In this document: positions 8,969 to 17,997 of the stretch, one piece after another
How the letters are laid out: each line of letters opens with the position of its first letter
Position numbering within the stretch: the stretch's first letter is position 1
Assembly: GCA_031359775.1 (NCBI GenBank)
Contig: JANMAL010000157.1
Location: forward strand, 1 to 35,350
Origin: Blastocatellia bacterium
GTDB lineage: Bacteria > Acidobacteriota > Blastocatellia > RBC074
DNA: 35,350 nucleotides
Direction: 5' to 3'
Made by a program: the position numbers and the translations under genes
The notes under the pieces: model-generated
Told to the model about the DNA's origin: nothing
Database searches by the model: none
Seen by the model: only the letters and a program-made list of their open reading frames with translations

Positions 8969-11149
8969 ATGCACAAAACAATCACTGCACTTTTCTCCTT
9001 TTTCCTCCTCTCCCTTTTCATCGTCACAGCCTTTGCGGGTGGCCCCGTTTTCTGGCGCATCAGCACGCGTGCCGACATTGAAAAAGGTGATGCGAATGGC
9101 GTCTCCATTGCCGACAACGGCGCGTTGACGCTTGCGCCTGCGTTCACGGAAGTCTATGACACGAAGCAGGCGTATGTGTGGGCTGCCGTCGCCGATAACG
9201 CGGGTAACGTCTATCTCGGCACGGGACACGAAGGGCGCGTCTTTAAAGTGGATGCGGCGGGCAAAGGTTCGCTGCTTTACAAAACCAGCGAACTTGATGT
9301 GATGGCGCTGGCGGTGGATGCGAGCGGTAATGTGTATGCGGGGACTGCGCCCGATGGCAAAGTTTACAAGATCAACGCGCGCGGTGAGGCGACCGTGTTT
9401 TTTGAGCCGAAGACGAAATACATTTGGGCGCTGGCGTTCGATGGGCAAGGGCGTCTGTTGATCGGCACGGGCGACAAAGGTGTCATCTATCGCGTGACGC
9501 CCGATGGCAAAGGCTCCGCGCTGATCCGCACTTCACAGGCGAACATCACTTCGCTGAAAGTCGAAGCCAACGGCAATATTATTGCGGGTACTGACCCCGG
9601 CGGTTTGGTGCTGCGCATTTCGCCCGAAGGCAAAGCGTTCACGTTGTTTGATTCCGCGCAAAAAGAAATCCGTGAAATCGCCCTCGGCAGAGATGGCAGC
9701 ATCTACGCGCTGGCGTTGTCGGAATCGGCGGGCGGCGGTGCGGGCAATGCTGCAACGTCTTCCTCCGCGCCCAGTGCGCCGATGGTCATCAGTGCGGATG
9801 AAGGCGTGACGGTGACGATCAGCGACATTCAGGTTTTGGATTCCGGCTCGTCATCCGGTGCTGCAACAACTGCGGCAAGCTCTGGCACACAAGCCAAAAG
9901 CGCGCTCTATCGCATTGATGCCAATGGTGTGACCGATGTGGTGTGGAGTTCCAATGACGTCACAGCGTTCACGGCAAATGTGGATGACAATGGACGCGCA
10001 CTGATTGGCACGGGACAAAAGGGGCGGATTTACAGCGCACTGCTGCATGGCAAACCATCGTTGCAAATTCAATCTACCGAAGGCCAAAGCTCGCGCCTCG
10101 TCAGAACAAATGCCGGACAGCTTTATGTTGCATCGTCAAATCTCGGCAAGCTTTTCAAACTTGGCAGCAGCACAGTGGCGACGGGTTCCTATACATCATC
10201 GGTGCGCGATGCCAGCACCGTAGCGACGTGGGGCCGCGCGGCCTTTGTGGGCGAAGGCGACATCGAAATGCAAACCCGCAGTGGCAACACCGCGAATCCT
10301 GATTCGACGTGGAGCGATTGGTCTGCCGGAATTAAAACTGCCGATGGCGGTGCAATTGCTAGCCCGCGTGCGCGTTACCTGCAATGGCGCGCGACGCTCA
10401 AAGGTGCGAACACGAAACTGCGTGAAGTCACGGTGTCCTATCTGCCGCGCAACCTCGCGCCACAACTTACGTCGCTCACGCTGCAACCCGCTGGCGTAGC
10501 GATGCAGCCGTTGCCCCAACAACCTGCTGATCCCACTATCGAACAATCGGGCCTTGATCCCGCGACATTTGGACTATCCACGAACTTGCCGCCGCGCAAG
10601 TTCTATCAAAAAGGCGCAATCTCGTTGCAATGGACAGGCGAAGACCGCAACGGCGACAAGCTGGAATATGCGGTCTATTACCGCGCCGCGAATAGCAATG
10701 ATTACTACCCGCTGAAAACAGGCATCACCGAAAACTATTACACGGTGGATGCGAACGGATTGCCCGATGGGCGTTATGTTTTTAAAGTTGTGGTCAGTGA
10801 TGCGCCTGCGAATCCCGGTGCAATGGCGCTCACCGATGAAGAAGAAACTGAGCCGATTGAAGTGGATAACTCCGCGCCGCTGGTGACGGCTGGCGCGCCG
10901 CAGATTTCCGGCAACAACGCCGAGGTTACGTTTCAAACCGAAGACAAAACATCCATCATTCGCCGCGCTGAATATCAATTGGATGGCGGCGAATGGAAGC
11001 CTGTATTTCCGACCGACGGTATTGCCGATGCGCGCCGCGAAGAGTTCAAGGTCGTGGTTACCTTGCCGGATCGCAAGCCACATGTGATTGCCCTGCGCGT
11101 CTTCGATGCGAACGCTAATGTCGGCAGCACGCAAGTGGGTATTAAATGA
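8969..11149 (+). CDS. Exported beta-propeller repeat protein with C-terminal Ig/FN3-like domains
   Basis: I prefer the ATG at 8969, which gives a signal peptide (MHKTITALFSFFLLSLFIVTAFA). Blade motifs recur about every 40 aa: NVYLGTGHEGRVFKVDAAGK, NVYAGTAPDGKVYKINARGE, RLLIGTGDKGVIYRVTPDGK, NIIAGTDPGGLVLRISPEGK. The C-terminus has beta-sandwich-like segments (KLEYAVYYRAANSNDYYPL…GRYVFKVVVSD). Confidence 0.8.
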   Translation: MHKTITALFSFFLLSLFIVTAFAGGPVFWRISTRADIEKGDANGVSIADNGALTLAPAFTEVYDTKQAYVWAAVADNAGNVYLGTGHEGRVFKVDAAGKGSLLYKTSELDVMALAVDASGNVYAGTAPDGKVYKINARGEATVFFEPKTKYIWALAFDGQGRLLIGTGDKGVIYRVTPDGKGSALIRTSQANITSLKVEANGNIIAGTDPGGLVLRISPEGKAFTLFDSAQKEIREIALGRDGSIYALALSESAGGGAGNAATSSSAPSAPMVISADEGVTVTISDIQVLDSGSSSGAATTAASSGTQAKSALYRIDANGVTDVVWSSNDVTAFTANVDDNGRALIGTGQKGRIYSALLHGKPSLQIQSTEGQSSRLVRTNAGQLYVASSNLGKLFKLGSSTVATGSYTSSVRDASTVATWGRAAFVGEGDIEMQTRSGNTANPDSTWSDWSAGIKTADGGAIASPRARYLQWRATLKGANTKLREVTVSYLPRNLAPQLTSLTLQPAGVAMQPLPQQPADPTIEQSGLDPATFGLSTNLPPRKFYQKGAISLQWTGEDRNGDKLEYAVYYRAANSNDYYPLKTGITENYYTVDANGLPDGRYVFKVVVSDAPANPGAMALTDEEETEPIEVDNSAPLVTAGAPQISGNNAEVTFQTEDKTSIIRRAEYQLDGGEWKPVFPTDGIADARREEFKVVVTLPDRKPHVIALRVFDANANVGSTQVGIK

Positions 11150-11186
11150 ACATCGTGTAAAATACTCGGCAAAATGCGGAGGACGT

Positions 11187-11846
11187 ATGACAACTTATAA
11201 GTTTACTGAACTTTCAGACAGCATTTTGCGGAAACTCGTTAGACTGCGTGCGCGCGCAATAGAAACGGAAAAATGGGATCAGATGCGGATGCCATTAACG
11301 GTACATGAGCAGCAACAGGTTGAGGCGATCAATTCAACGCTGGAGAATAAACAGGTTGTGCGAATGAATGAGGCGACCATCTGGGCGCGCGCCATTTATC
11401 CTTTGCTGGTGTTGGCGGAAAAGCCAGGACTACAAGCTTGGTCAGAAGTGGCGATGGCAGCGACCTATCCCAGCTTTTCATTGGAAGGCATTGTTGACGG
11501 TGTACTTGCACGGGAAGAGTTGGGAACCATCGCCTCTCCCTATTTGATTATTACCGAAACGAAAAGAGGCGTTGAAGCGAAAGACCCGACATACCAAATG
11601 CTGGGCGAAATGCTGGCCGCCGCCTGGATCAATTATCAGAATGATCACCAACCAAAACAATTAATTTATGGTTGCTACACAGTTGCTGATACCTAGACAT
11701 TTGCCGAAGGACTGGTTGAAGAATTCGACGCTGAGCATCCGCATTTTACGGTTGAATTGTCGAGCGAGTACAAAGAGAAAACCGAGACCGAAATCATCCT
11801 GCAAATTCTCAAATCCATCGTCGCAAAATTCACGAACAATCAATAA
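11187..11846 (+). pseudogene. HsdR_N-like PD-(D/E)xK nuclease-fold gene interrupted by an in-frame TAG (11694-11696)
   Basis: The ATG at 11187 has GGAGGA 4-9 nt upstream. The motifs NEATIWARAIYPLL…, IVDGVLA and LIITETKRG…YQMLGEML fit the D…ExK…Q pattern of type I restriction HsdR N-terminal-like domains. After the TAG the same frame stays open for 49 more sensible codons (TFAEGLVEEFDAEHPHFTVELSSEYKEKTETEIILQILKSIVAKFTNNQ) up to the TAA at 11844-11846. Confidence 0.6.
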
Positions 11847-11982
11847 TCACCGCGATCTCCTCGCCTGAAAGACGTAACTACGCCGTTACGCCTGCCTTTC
11901 TCCTTTGCAATGCTGCAGCAGTGGCTGTAGTTTCTCCGCTTATCGTGACCAATCTCTAAAACTGAAATGAGGCTGAAGTGCT

Positions 11983-12867
11983 ATGCATCTGAAATTCATC
12001 AACCTGTTTGTTTTCCTCTTCGTCCTGACAAGTGCTGTCAGTGCGCAAAAAGTGATTCGGCTCTATCCGGGCGCGGCTCCCGGTTCTGAAACCTGGAAGC
12101 AGCCGGAGAAAGAATACTTCTCGAAAATCTGGAACACGCAGGTCGTGACCAATGTCGTGAACCCAACCCTGACGGCCTTCCTGCCCGATGCCGCGACCGC
12201 GAATGGCACGGCGGTTATCATTGCGCCGGGCGGTGGCTTTCACGCGCTGTCCATCAACAGCGAAGGCGTGGACGTAGCCAAGTGGCTGAACACGAAAGGC
12301 GTCGCGGCCTTCGTCCTGCGCTATCGGTTGGTGCAAACCGGCGCAGATGGCGTGCAGGAAGTGATGGCGAAAATGGGCGGCAGTCGTGTCAACATGGATG
12401 CGAACAATGTGGACGTTGTCCCGCTCGCCGTGGCTGACGCCTTCGCGGCGCTCAGCTATGTGCGCACCAATGCAAAAGAATTCGGCATCGCGCCCAATCG
12501 TATTGGTTTTATGGGTTTTTCGGCGGGTGGCACGGTCACGGCTTCGGTTGCATTTCAATACTCCGCCGCCACGCGCCCGGATTTTGTCGCGCCGATTTAC
12601 GCCTATATGGGGGCCGTGAAACCCGCCGAAGTCCCACAAGACGCGCCGCCCATGTTTCTGGTGGTTGCCACGGACGATCAATTGGGCTTAGCGCCGGACA
12701 GCATCAATTTGTACAGCAAATGGATTGCCGCCAAAAAATCAGCGGAGCTGCACAGCTACGCCAAAGGCGGGCACGGCTTTGGCATGCGCAAACAAAATCT
12801 GCCCACCGACCAGTGGATTGATCGTTTCGGCGATTGGTTACAACTGCAAGGATGGCTGAAAAAATAA
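11983..12867 (+). CDS. Exported alpha/beta hydrolase (esterase/lipase-type)
   Basis: The 294-aa ORF has a signal peptide (MHLKFINLFVFLFVLTSAVSAQ). It has an oxyanion-region IIAPGGGFH, a nucleophile elbow GFMGFSAGG, and C-terminal D and H motifs (VVATDDQ, GGHGF). Confidence 0.85.
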   Translation: MHLKFINLFVFLFVLTSAVSAQKVIRLYPGAAPGSETWKQPEKEYFSKIWNTQVVTNVVNPTLTAFLPDAATANGTAVIIAPGGGFHALSINSEGVDVAKWLNTKGVAAFVLRYRLVQTGADGVQEVMAKMGGSRVNMDANNVDVVPLAVADAFAALSYVRTNAKEFGIAPNRIGFMGFSAGGTVTASVAFQYSAATRPDFVAPIYAYMGAVKPAEVPQDAPPMFLVVATDDQLGLAPDSINLYSKWIAAKKSAELHSYAKGGHGFGMRKQNLPTDQWIDRFGDWLQLQGWLKK

Positions 12868-12977
12868 AGTCAAATAATCTCTAGAATCAGGGTCAGGCGC
12901 GCTTCTGTTTGTAAAATAATGAGCGCCAAGCCAAACGTTTTGTTAACAAACTGTAATGCCGTTTTGCGTGAGTTGGC

Positions 12978-13006
12978 TTGACAATATTGCCGCGAATTCG
13001 CATACT
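12978..13006 (+). promoter_or_regulatory. Sigma-70-like promoter candidate in the long intergenic region
   Basis: TTGACA (12978-12983) is followed by a 17-nt spacer and then CATACT (13001-13006). A 12-bp perfect palindrome, TTTGTTAACAAA, lies just upstream at 12939-12950. This is pattern matching only, and the transcript it would drive is unknown. Confidence 0.25.
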
Positions 13007-13420
13007 GCGCAACCTCACCAGAGATACATCGCAATCGCCGAAATGCTTAAAATACTTATACCTTGAGCAGCGTATCTTTGGACGAGGCGACGGCTGATCC
13101 TAAACACATTCAGTAATAAATCCCCTTACTGACAGCGAAACAATAACAATCTTGGGCTAAATTATAGCAGCGCTGGCAATCGGTCACGCGCAACCAGAAT
13201 TACTGATTCACCAGACAAAAACGTGGCGCGCGCTAGACGCGCATCTGCTGCACGCTCTAAAGTCGCTGTAAGAGATCCACGAAGATAAAACGGCTCGGTG
13301 TCGGAATGGGCTAAGGCACTCATAGATCACGACTTTGACGAAGATCATAAAATGGCAACCAACGGCCTCACGATTACGGTTGCCACGCTTGCTGAGTTAG
13401 AAATAAAGCTGGGCTGAAAC

Positions 13421-13442
13421 AGAGAAATAGGTATTTCTCTGC
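13421..13442. promoter_or_regulatory. 22-bp perfect palindrome upstream of the TonB-dependent receptor gene; operator or hairpin candidate
   Basis: The sequence is CAGAGAAATA-GG-TATTTCTCTG, about 150 nt upstream of the receptor start. A small hairpin ACGGGG-TTCC-CCCCGT follows at 13454-13469. Confidence 0.3.
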
Positions 13443-13593
13443 GCATGTTTTTACGGGGTTCCCCCCGTTCTTGTCCGCAAACATTGTGCCTGACAATAGC
13501 TTCTCTTTGGGAGCTTCTGTGACCGTGGATGTTATGGCAATCTGTGTCGCGACAAGTATCCAATCATTTCAAACCAAACTGGAGATGCTTTTT

Positions 13594-16500
13594 ATGCGTA
13601 TGAAACTGTTCTTCCTTTTTGCGCTGCTCGCTGTGCTTAGCACCGGAACGGGAATAGCGCAAACCACCAGCGGCTCGATTGCCGGTAATGTGGTTGACGC
13701 GCAACAGGCCGCAGTGGCCAATGCGACAGTCACGATCACAGATGAGGCGAGAGGATTTACTCAAACCGTGAATGCGGACAGCAACGGACGCTTTGTCTTC
13801 CCGGCCTTATCCCCAAGCACCTATAAATTAGCCATTGAGGCCAAAGGCTTCAAGAAATCAGAACGCACCAGCATTTTACTGGTGGCGAATGACAAGCTGA
13901 CGCTTGGCGATGTAACGCTGGAAGTCGGCGGCGCGAATGAAACCGTGACAATTACGGCGGAAGCCACGCTCGTCCAAGCCGAAAGCGCCGAACGCTCCTA
14001 CGGTATTCAGGGCAAAGCTGTAGACAACATTGCGGTTAACGGACGTTCCTTCGTGGCGCTTGCTTCGATGGCTCCCGGCCTCATCACAAACACCAATAAC
14101 GGCGTAGCTGGTGACATCACTAACATTAGCGCCAATGGCCTCCGCACAAGCGCCAACAATCTCCAGATTGACGGTGTGTCAACAGTGGATACGGGCAACA
14201 ACGGTCAGATGGTTGCCGTTACCCTCGACGCGATTGCCGAGTTCAAGGTATTGACCTCGAACTATCAGGCCGAATACGGTCGCTCAGCGGGTGCGCAGAT
14301 CAGCGCCGTGACGCGTAGTGGAACCAAAGATTTTCACGGTACTTTCTACGCCTTCCGCCGTCATGACGGCATGAATGCGAATACCTGGATCAACAATCAC
14401 ACGCCCAGTCGCGATGCGGCAAATAACCTTCGCCCCTTCACGCCGAAACCGAAGCTCGATCAGCGCGACATCGGCTACACCATCGGTGGGCCGGTCTGGA
14501 TTCCGAAGCTCTTTAACGAAAACAAGGACAAGGCCTTCTTTTTCTTCAGTCAGGAGCATCAGAAGCGCCTCATTCCCCCCGCCGGTCCAACGCGCGTGAC
14601 CGTGCCGACGGCGCTGGAGCGCACGGGCGATTTCTCAAAGAGTGTGGACAGTTCGAACAATCCGTTCCCCTATATTCGCGACTACACGACGAATTTGCCT
14701 TGCAGCGCCTCCGACACCAGCGGTTGCTTCAAAGACGGTGGCGTGCTCGGCAAGATTCCGGCAAGCCGCCTCTATGGCCTCGGCCTCAACATCCTGAAGA
14801 TATACCCACAGCCGAATACCACGGGTACGGGCTTCAACTACATTACAGAAGCGCCGACAAGCCAGCCGCAGCGGCAAGACCTTTATCGCGGCGACTACAA
14901 TATCAACAATGCCTGGCATGCGTCGGGCAAGTACCTCTATTACAAGAACAGCCCGATCCAGCCTTACGGCTCGTTCGTGCTTGGCACCAACCTGCCGGAC
15001 TATGCGACCATCTTCCCGAACAATCGCTATCAGGTGACGGGATCGGTGACGGGATCGCTCTCGCCGACGATGATTCTTGAAGCGACCTTTGGCCAGAGCC
15101 ATAACTTCATTGACATCCTGCCGAACAACCCGAAATTCAACAAAACGGATCTCGGCCTGACCGGCATTCCGGTGCTCTACCCCGGCGCGATTCAGCTTAA
15201 CCTGCCGCCGCAGTTCAGCTTCGGTGGACGCATCGCAAACGGCCCGAATGTCGGGTCGAACAACGCGCCGTTCCACAATTTCAACACGACGCGCGACTGG
15301 TCGGTAAGTCTTTCGAAGATCGTCCGTCAGCATAACTTCAAGGTCGGTGGGTTCTGGCAAAACAGCTTCAAGCCACAAAGCAGCTTCGCCAATAACAACG
15401 GCGTTTACAACTTCAGCAACGACACCAACAATCCGCTTGATTCCGGCTTTGGCTTCGCCAACGCGGCACTGGGCATTTACAACACCTTCACGCAGGCGTC
15501 GGGCTACTACACGGGTAAGTACCGCTACAACAACGTCGAGTGGTTCGCGCAGGACAACTGGAAGGTCACGAGCCGCCTGACGCTCGACTACGGCATCCGA
15601 TTCTATTGGATTCAGCCGCAGTATGACGAAGACTTGCAGACGTCCAACTTCCTGCCGGAACGCTACAACGCATCGAATGCTTCAATTCTTTATCGCCCGG
15701 TTTGTCTGAACAACGCAGCTTCGTGCAGCGGTACGAACCGCCGCGCAGTTGACCCTCGTCTGCTGCAAACCTCGGGCTTCACTGCAAGTACAACAAACAC
15801 AATTGATGGCGCCTACATTGGGCGGCTCGTGCCAAGCGTAGGTTCCATCACGAACGGCGTGGTGCAAGCCGGTGCTGGCATTGAGCCGGGCCTCTACCGC
15901 AATCGCGGTATTCACTTCGCTCCACGCTTTGGATTTGCCTATGACGTTTCAGGCAAGCAGTCGCTGGTTATCCGCGGCGGCGGCGGCATGTTCTATGACC
16001 GTCCGCAGGGCAATACCGTGTTTGACCTTGTACAGAATCCGCCAGTGACCGTCCAACCGACGCTCTTCTACGGTCGTGTGCAAGACGTGGGCACAGGCCT
16101 TGTGCTACTCGCACCCCCTAACCTGGTCGCGATTGATCGTGTCGGTAAGATTCCGACAACTTACGCCTTCAACCTCGGCGTGCAGTACAAACTGCCATTC
16201 GAGTCGGTGCTGGACGTCTCCTATGTCGGCACGGTTGGCTCGCACCTATTGCAACGACGCAGTCTGAATGCACCTAACTATGGAGCTGCGTATCTATCAC
16301 AAAATCAAGACCCGACCTCGACCGCAAATGCGGCAATTGCGGGTAACCGCGCTTTGCCGTTAGACTTCCTGCGTCCGTATTCGGGCTTTGGTCAGATTCA
16401 GTACATTGAGCCAGCCTCCAGCTCGAACTATCACTCCCTGCAAACCTCGCTTAACCGCCGCTTCTCGAAAGGGCTGCTGCTGGGTGCGACCTACACTTGG

Positions 16501-17220
16501 AGCAAGGCGTTGGGTACGCAATCCGCTGACCTGCCGGGCATTACCGGGTTCGGCGCTCCGAATAACCTTGACCAGCGGCGGGCCAATTATGGCATTCAGG
16601 ACTTTGACCGTCGGCACAACTTCAACCTCAACTGGGTTTATGAAATTCCCAAGTTGACGCAGAATCGCGCCCTCGGCTATGCCCTGAATGACTGGCAGTT
16701 GTCAGGCATCTACCGCTATTTGAGCGGTCAGCCTTACAGCGTTGGCTTCTCGATCCCTGGCATTTCAGCCTACACGATCACCGGGACGCAGAACGTCGAA
16801 GGCGGACGTATCGTCATCCTGAAAAATCCGGGCAGCGGCAGCAGCAGCGACCCCTACCGTCAGTTTGATGTGTCCGCGTTCACGATTCCGAACACGGGGA
16901 GTACCAGTTATGAGTCAGGGCGCAATTATCTGAACCGCGCGCCGGTCAATAGCTGGGATCTCTCACTGTCCAAGCGTTTCAAATTCTTGGAAACAGCGGA
17001 AGTAGAACTGCGCTTTGACGCTTTCAATGCGCTCAATCATACCCAGTTCGACGCCGTAAATACGACGCTCAACGTGGTTGGCTTTGAAACGTCCACCGGG
17101 AAGATCAATTCGAACCCGGCAAACCTTGCGTCGGAAACGGGCAATCTTACTGGCTTCGGAGCGGTTACTTCGGTACGCCCGCCACGTAACCTCCAACTCT
17201 CTGCGCGCTTCCGGTTTTAA
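13594..17220 (+). CDS. TonB-dependent outer-membrane receptor with N-terminal carboxypeptidase-regulatory-like domain
   Basis: I prefer the ATG at 13594 because GGAG lies 9 nt upstream and a signal peptide follows (MRMKLFFLFALLAVLSTGTGIAQ). The CarboxypepD_reg-like segment is GSIAGNVVDAQQAAVANATVTITDE…NGRFVFPALSPSTYKLAIEAKGFKK. A plug-like region follows (…ISANGLRTSANNLQIDGVS…), then a long beta-barrel ending in …RNLQLSARFRF (terminal aromatic). Confidence 0.9.
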   Translation: MRMKLFFLFALLAVLSTGTGIAQTTSGSIAGNVVDAQQAAVANATVTITDEARGFTQTVNADSNGRFVFPALSPSTYKLAIEAKGFKKSERTSILLVANDKLTLGDVTLEVGGANETVTITAEATLVQAESAERSYGIQGKAVDNIAVNGRSFVALASMAPGLITNTNNGVAGDITNISANGLRTSANNLQIDGVSTVDTGNNGQMVAVTLDAIAEFKVLTSNYQAEYGRSAGAQISAVTRSGTKDFHGTFYAFRRHDGMNANTWINNHTPSRDAANNLRPFTPKPKLDQRDIGYTIGGPVWIPKLFNENKDKAFFFFSQEHQKRLIPPAGPTRVTVPTALERTGDFSKSVDSSNNPFPYIRDYTTNLPCSASDTSGCFKDGGVLGKIPASRLYGLGLNILKIYPQPNTTGTGFNYITEAPTSQPQRQDLYRGDYNINNAWHASGKYLYYKNSPIQPYGSFVLGTNLPDYATIFPNNRYQVTGSVTGSLSPTMILEATFGQSHNFIDILPNNPKFNKTDLGLTGIPVLYPGAIQLNLPPQFSFGGRIANGPNVGSNNAPFHNFNTTRDWSVSLSKIVRQHNFKVGGFWQNSFKPQSSFANNNGVYNFSNDTNNPLDSGFGFANAALGIYNTFTQASGYYTGKYRYNNVEWFAQDNWKVTSRLTLDYGIRFYWIQPQYDEDLQTSNFLPERYNASNASILYRPVCLNNAASCSGTNRRAVDPRLLQTSGFTASTTNTIDGAYIGRLVPSVGSITNGVVQAGAGIEPGLYRNRGIHFAPRFGFAYDVSGKQSLVIRGGGGMFYDRPQGNTVFDLVQNPPVTVQPTLFYGRVQDVGTGLVLLAPPNLVAIDRVGKIPTTYAFNLGVQYKLPFESVLDVSYVGTVGSHLLQRRSLNAPNYGAAYLSQNQDPTSTANAAIAGNRALPLDFLRPYSGFGQIQYIEPASSSNYHSLQTSLNRRFSKGLLLGATYTWSKALGTQSADLPGITGFGAPNNLDQRRANYGIQDFDRRHNFNLNWVYEIPKLTQNRALGYALNDWQLSGIYRYLSGQPYSVGFSIPGISAYTITGTQNVEGGRIVILKNPGSGSSSDPYRQFDVSAFTIPNTGSTSYESGRNYLNRAPVNSWDLSLSKRFKFLETAEVELRFDAFNALNHTQFDAVNTTLNVVGFETSTGKINSNPANLASETGNLTGFGAVTSVRPPRNLQLSARFRF

Positions 17221-17237
17221 CCTGGATGTGCCTTTTC

Positions 17238-17358
17238 CCCGGCGTTGCGTTGTAACCTGCAAGCAGCGCCGGGCGTCTTAGCAATTTAATCCTTGCAGCA
17301 CTGCCGTCTGATTTGGGAAAGTTTTTGACTTTTCCCTGTCCAGGCGGCAGTGCTGCAA
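17238..17358 (+). terminator. Two tandem stem-loops downstream of the receptor gene (terminator candidates)
   Basis: Hairpin 1 pairs CCCGGCGTTGC (17238-17248) with GCAGCGCCGGG (17263-17273) with 1 mismatch. Hairpin 2 is a perfect 14-bp stem, TTGCAGCACTGCCG (17293-17306) / CGGCAGTGCTGCAA (17345-17358), with an inner GGGAAAG…CTTTTCCC helix. Neither has a strong U-tract. Confidence 0.5.
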
Positions 17359-17421
17359 GAAATTACCCCGCAGTTCAGACCGCTTACTTTCAATTTTAGT
17401 TACTATCCTGGAGGAACAACC

Positions 17422-17877
17422 ATGAATCGAAACGTCTGGAAACTGGTCGTGATTTTGGTGATCGCCACCTTTACGATCACCCTGTATGCACAGCAGCAAG
17501 GCGGCCCGCCCCAAGGTGGTCCCCCGCAAGGTGGTGGCGGCTTTAAGAACCTGAAGGTGTTGCCGAAAGATATGGCGCGGCCACAATTAATGGGCATTAT
17601 GCAAAACTGGACGCGCGCGCTCGGCGTCACCTGCAACCATTGCCATGTGGACGACAAGTCTGCCGATGACAAACCAGAAAAAGATGTGGCCCGCGCAATG
17701 GTCAAGATGATGATGAACCTGCGGCAAAACGCGGCGGAATTTCTGCCGGACAATCGCATTGCAAAGGTCAGTTGCTGGACGTGTCATCGCGGCAACGCCA
17801 AGATCGAATTGCCCGCGCCGCCGACGCCTCCGGCAGGACAAGGCGCTCCGCCAGCGCCCAAGCCGCCACAGAAATAG
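17422..17877 (+). CDS. Exported c-type cytochrome, photosynthetic-reaction-centre cytochrome c subunit-like family
   Basis: The ATG at 17422 has GGAGGA 8-13 nt upstream and is followed by a signal/anchor helix. There are two haem motifs, CNHCH and CWTCH. The context KNLKVLPKDM…LGVTCNHCH…ARAMVKMMMNL…VSCWTCHRG is typical of this family. The protein also has a low-complexity GGPPQGGPPQGGGG segment and a Pro-rich tail. Confidence 0.8.
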   Translation: MNRNVWKLVVILVIATFTITLYAQQQGGPPQGGPPQGGGGFKNLKVLPKDMARPQLMGIMQNWTRALGVTCNHCHVDDKSADDKPEKDVARAMVKMMMNLRQNAAEFLPDNRIAKVSCWTCHRGNAKIELPAPPTPPAGQGAPPAPKPPQK

Positions 17878-17997
17878 CAGGTTACACTATCGTGGCTGGG
17901 GGCAAAGACTCTGATTGGCATGCCTCCAGCTGCTTCTCACAAGGTGATGAAGGGGCGTAGAATGTCTGTCGAGAACTTAACCAAGTGAGGTGAACTT

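Noticed and set aside
13162-13323. A 53-aa minus-strand ORF (MSALAHSDTEPFYLRGSLTATLERAADARLARATFLSGESVILVARDRLPALL) in the long intergenic region. It is vaguely reminiscent of a Phd/YefM-type antitoxin fragment.
   Set aside because: I saw no RBS and no adjacent toxin partner. The resemblance is too weak to support from sequence alone. It could be a relic, but I cannot substantiate that.
13471-13593. N-terminal extensions suggested by the ORF track. Examples are 13471 for the receptor, 5700 for the peptidase, 11088 for the HsdR_N-like gene, 8939 for the propeller protein, and 17350, 22305, 28025 and 29174.
   Set aside because: In each case an internal ATG is preceded by a GGAG/AGGAG-type RBS at proper spacing and is followed immediately by a signal peptide or conserved N-terminus. 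The upstream extensions overlap hairpins or neighbouring genes and lack coding character.
12868-13593. A cobalamin, TPP or other riboswitch upstream of the TonB-dependent receptor.
   Set aside because: I looked for a B12-box-like core (…GCCACTG…) and for TPP-type CTGAGA/ACCTGATCTGGATAATGCCAGCG elements and found neither. Only generic palindromes are present. A covariance-model scan is needed to exclude this formally.
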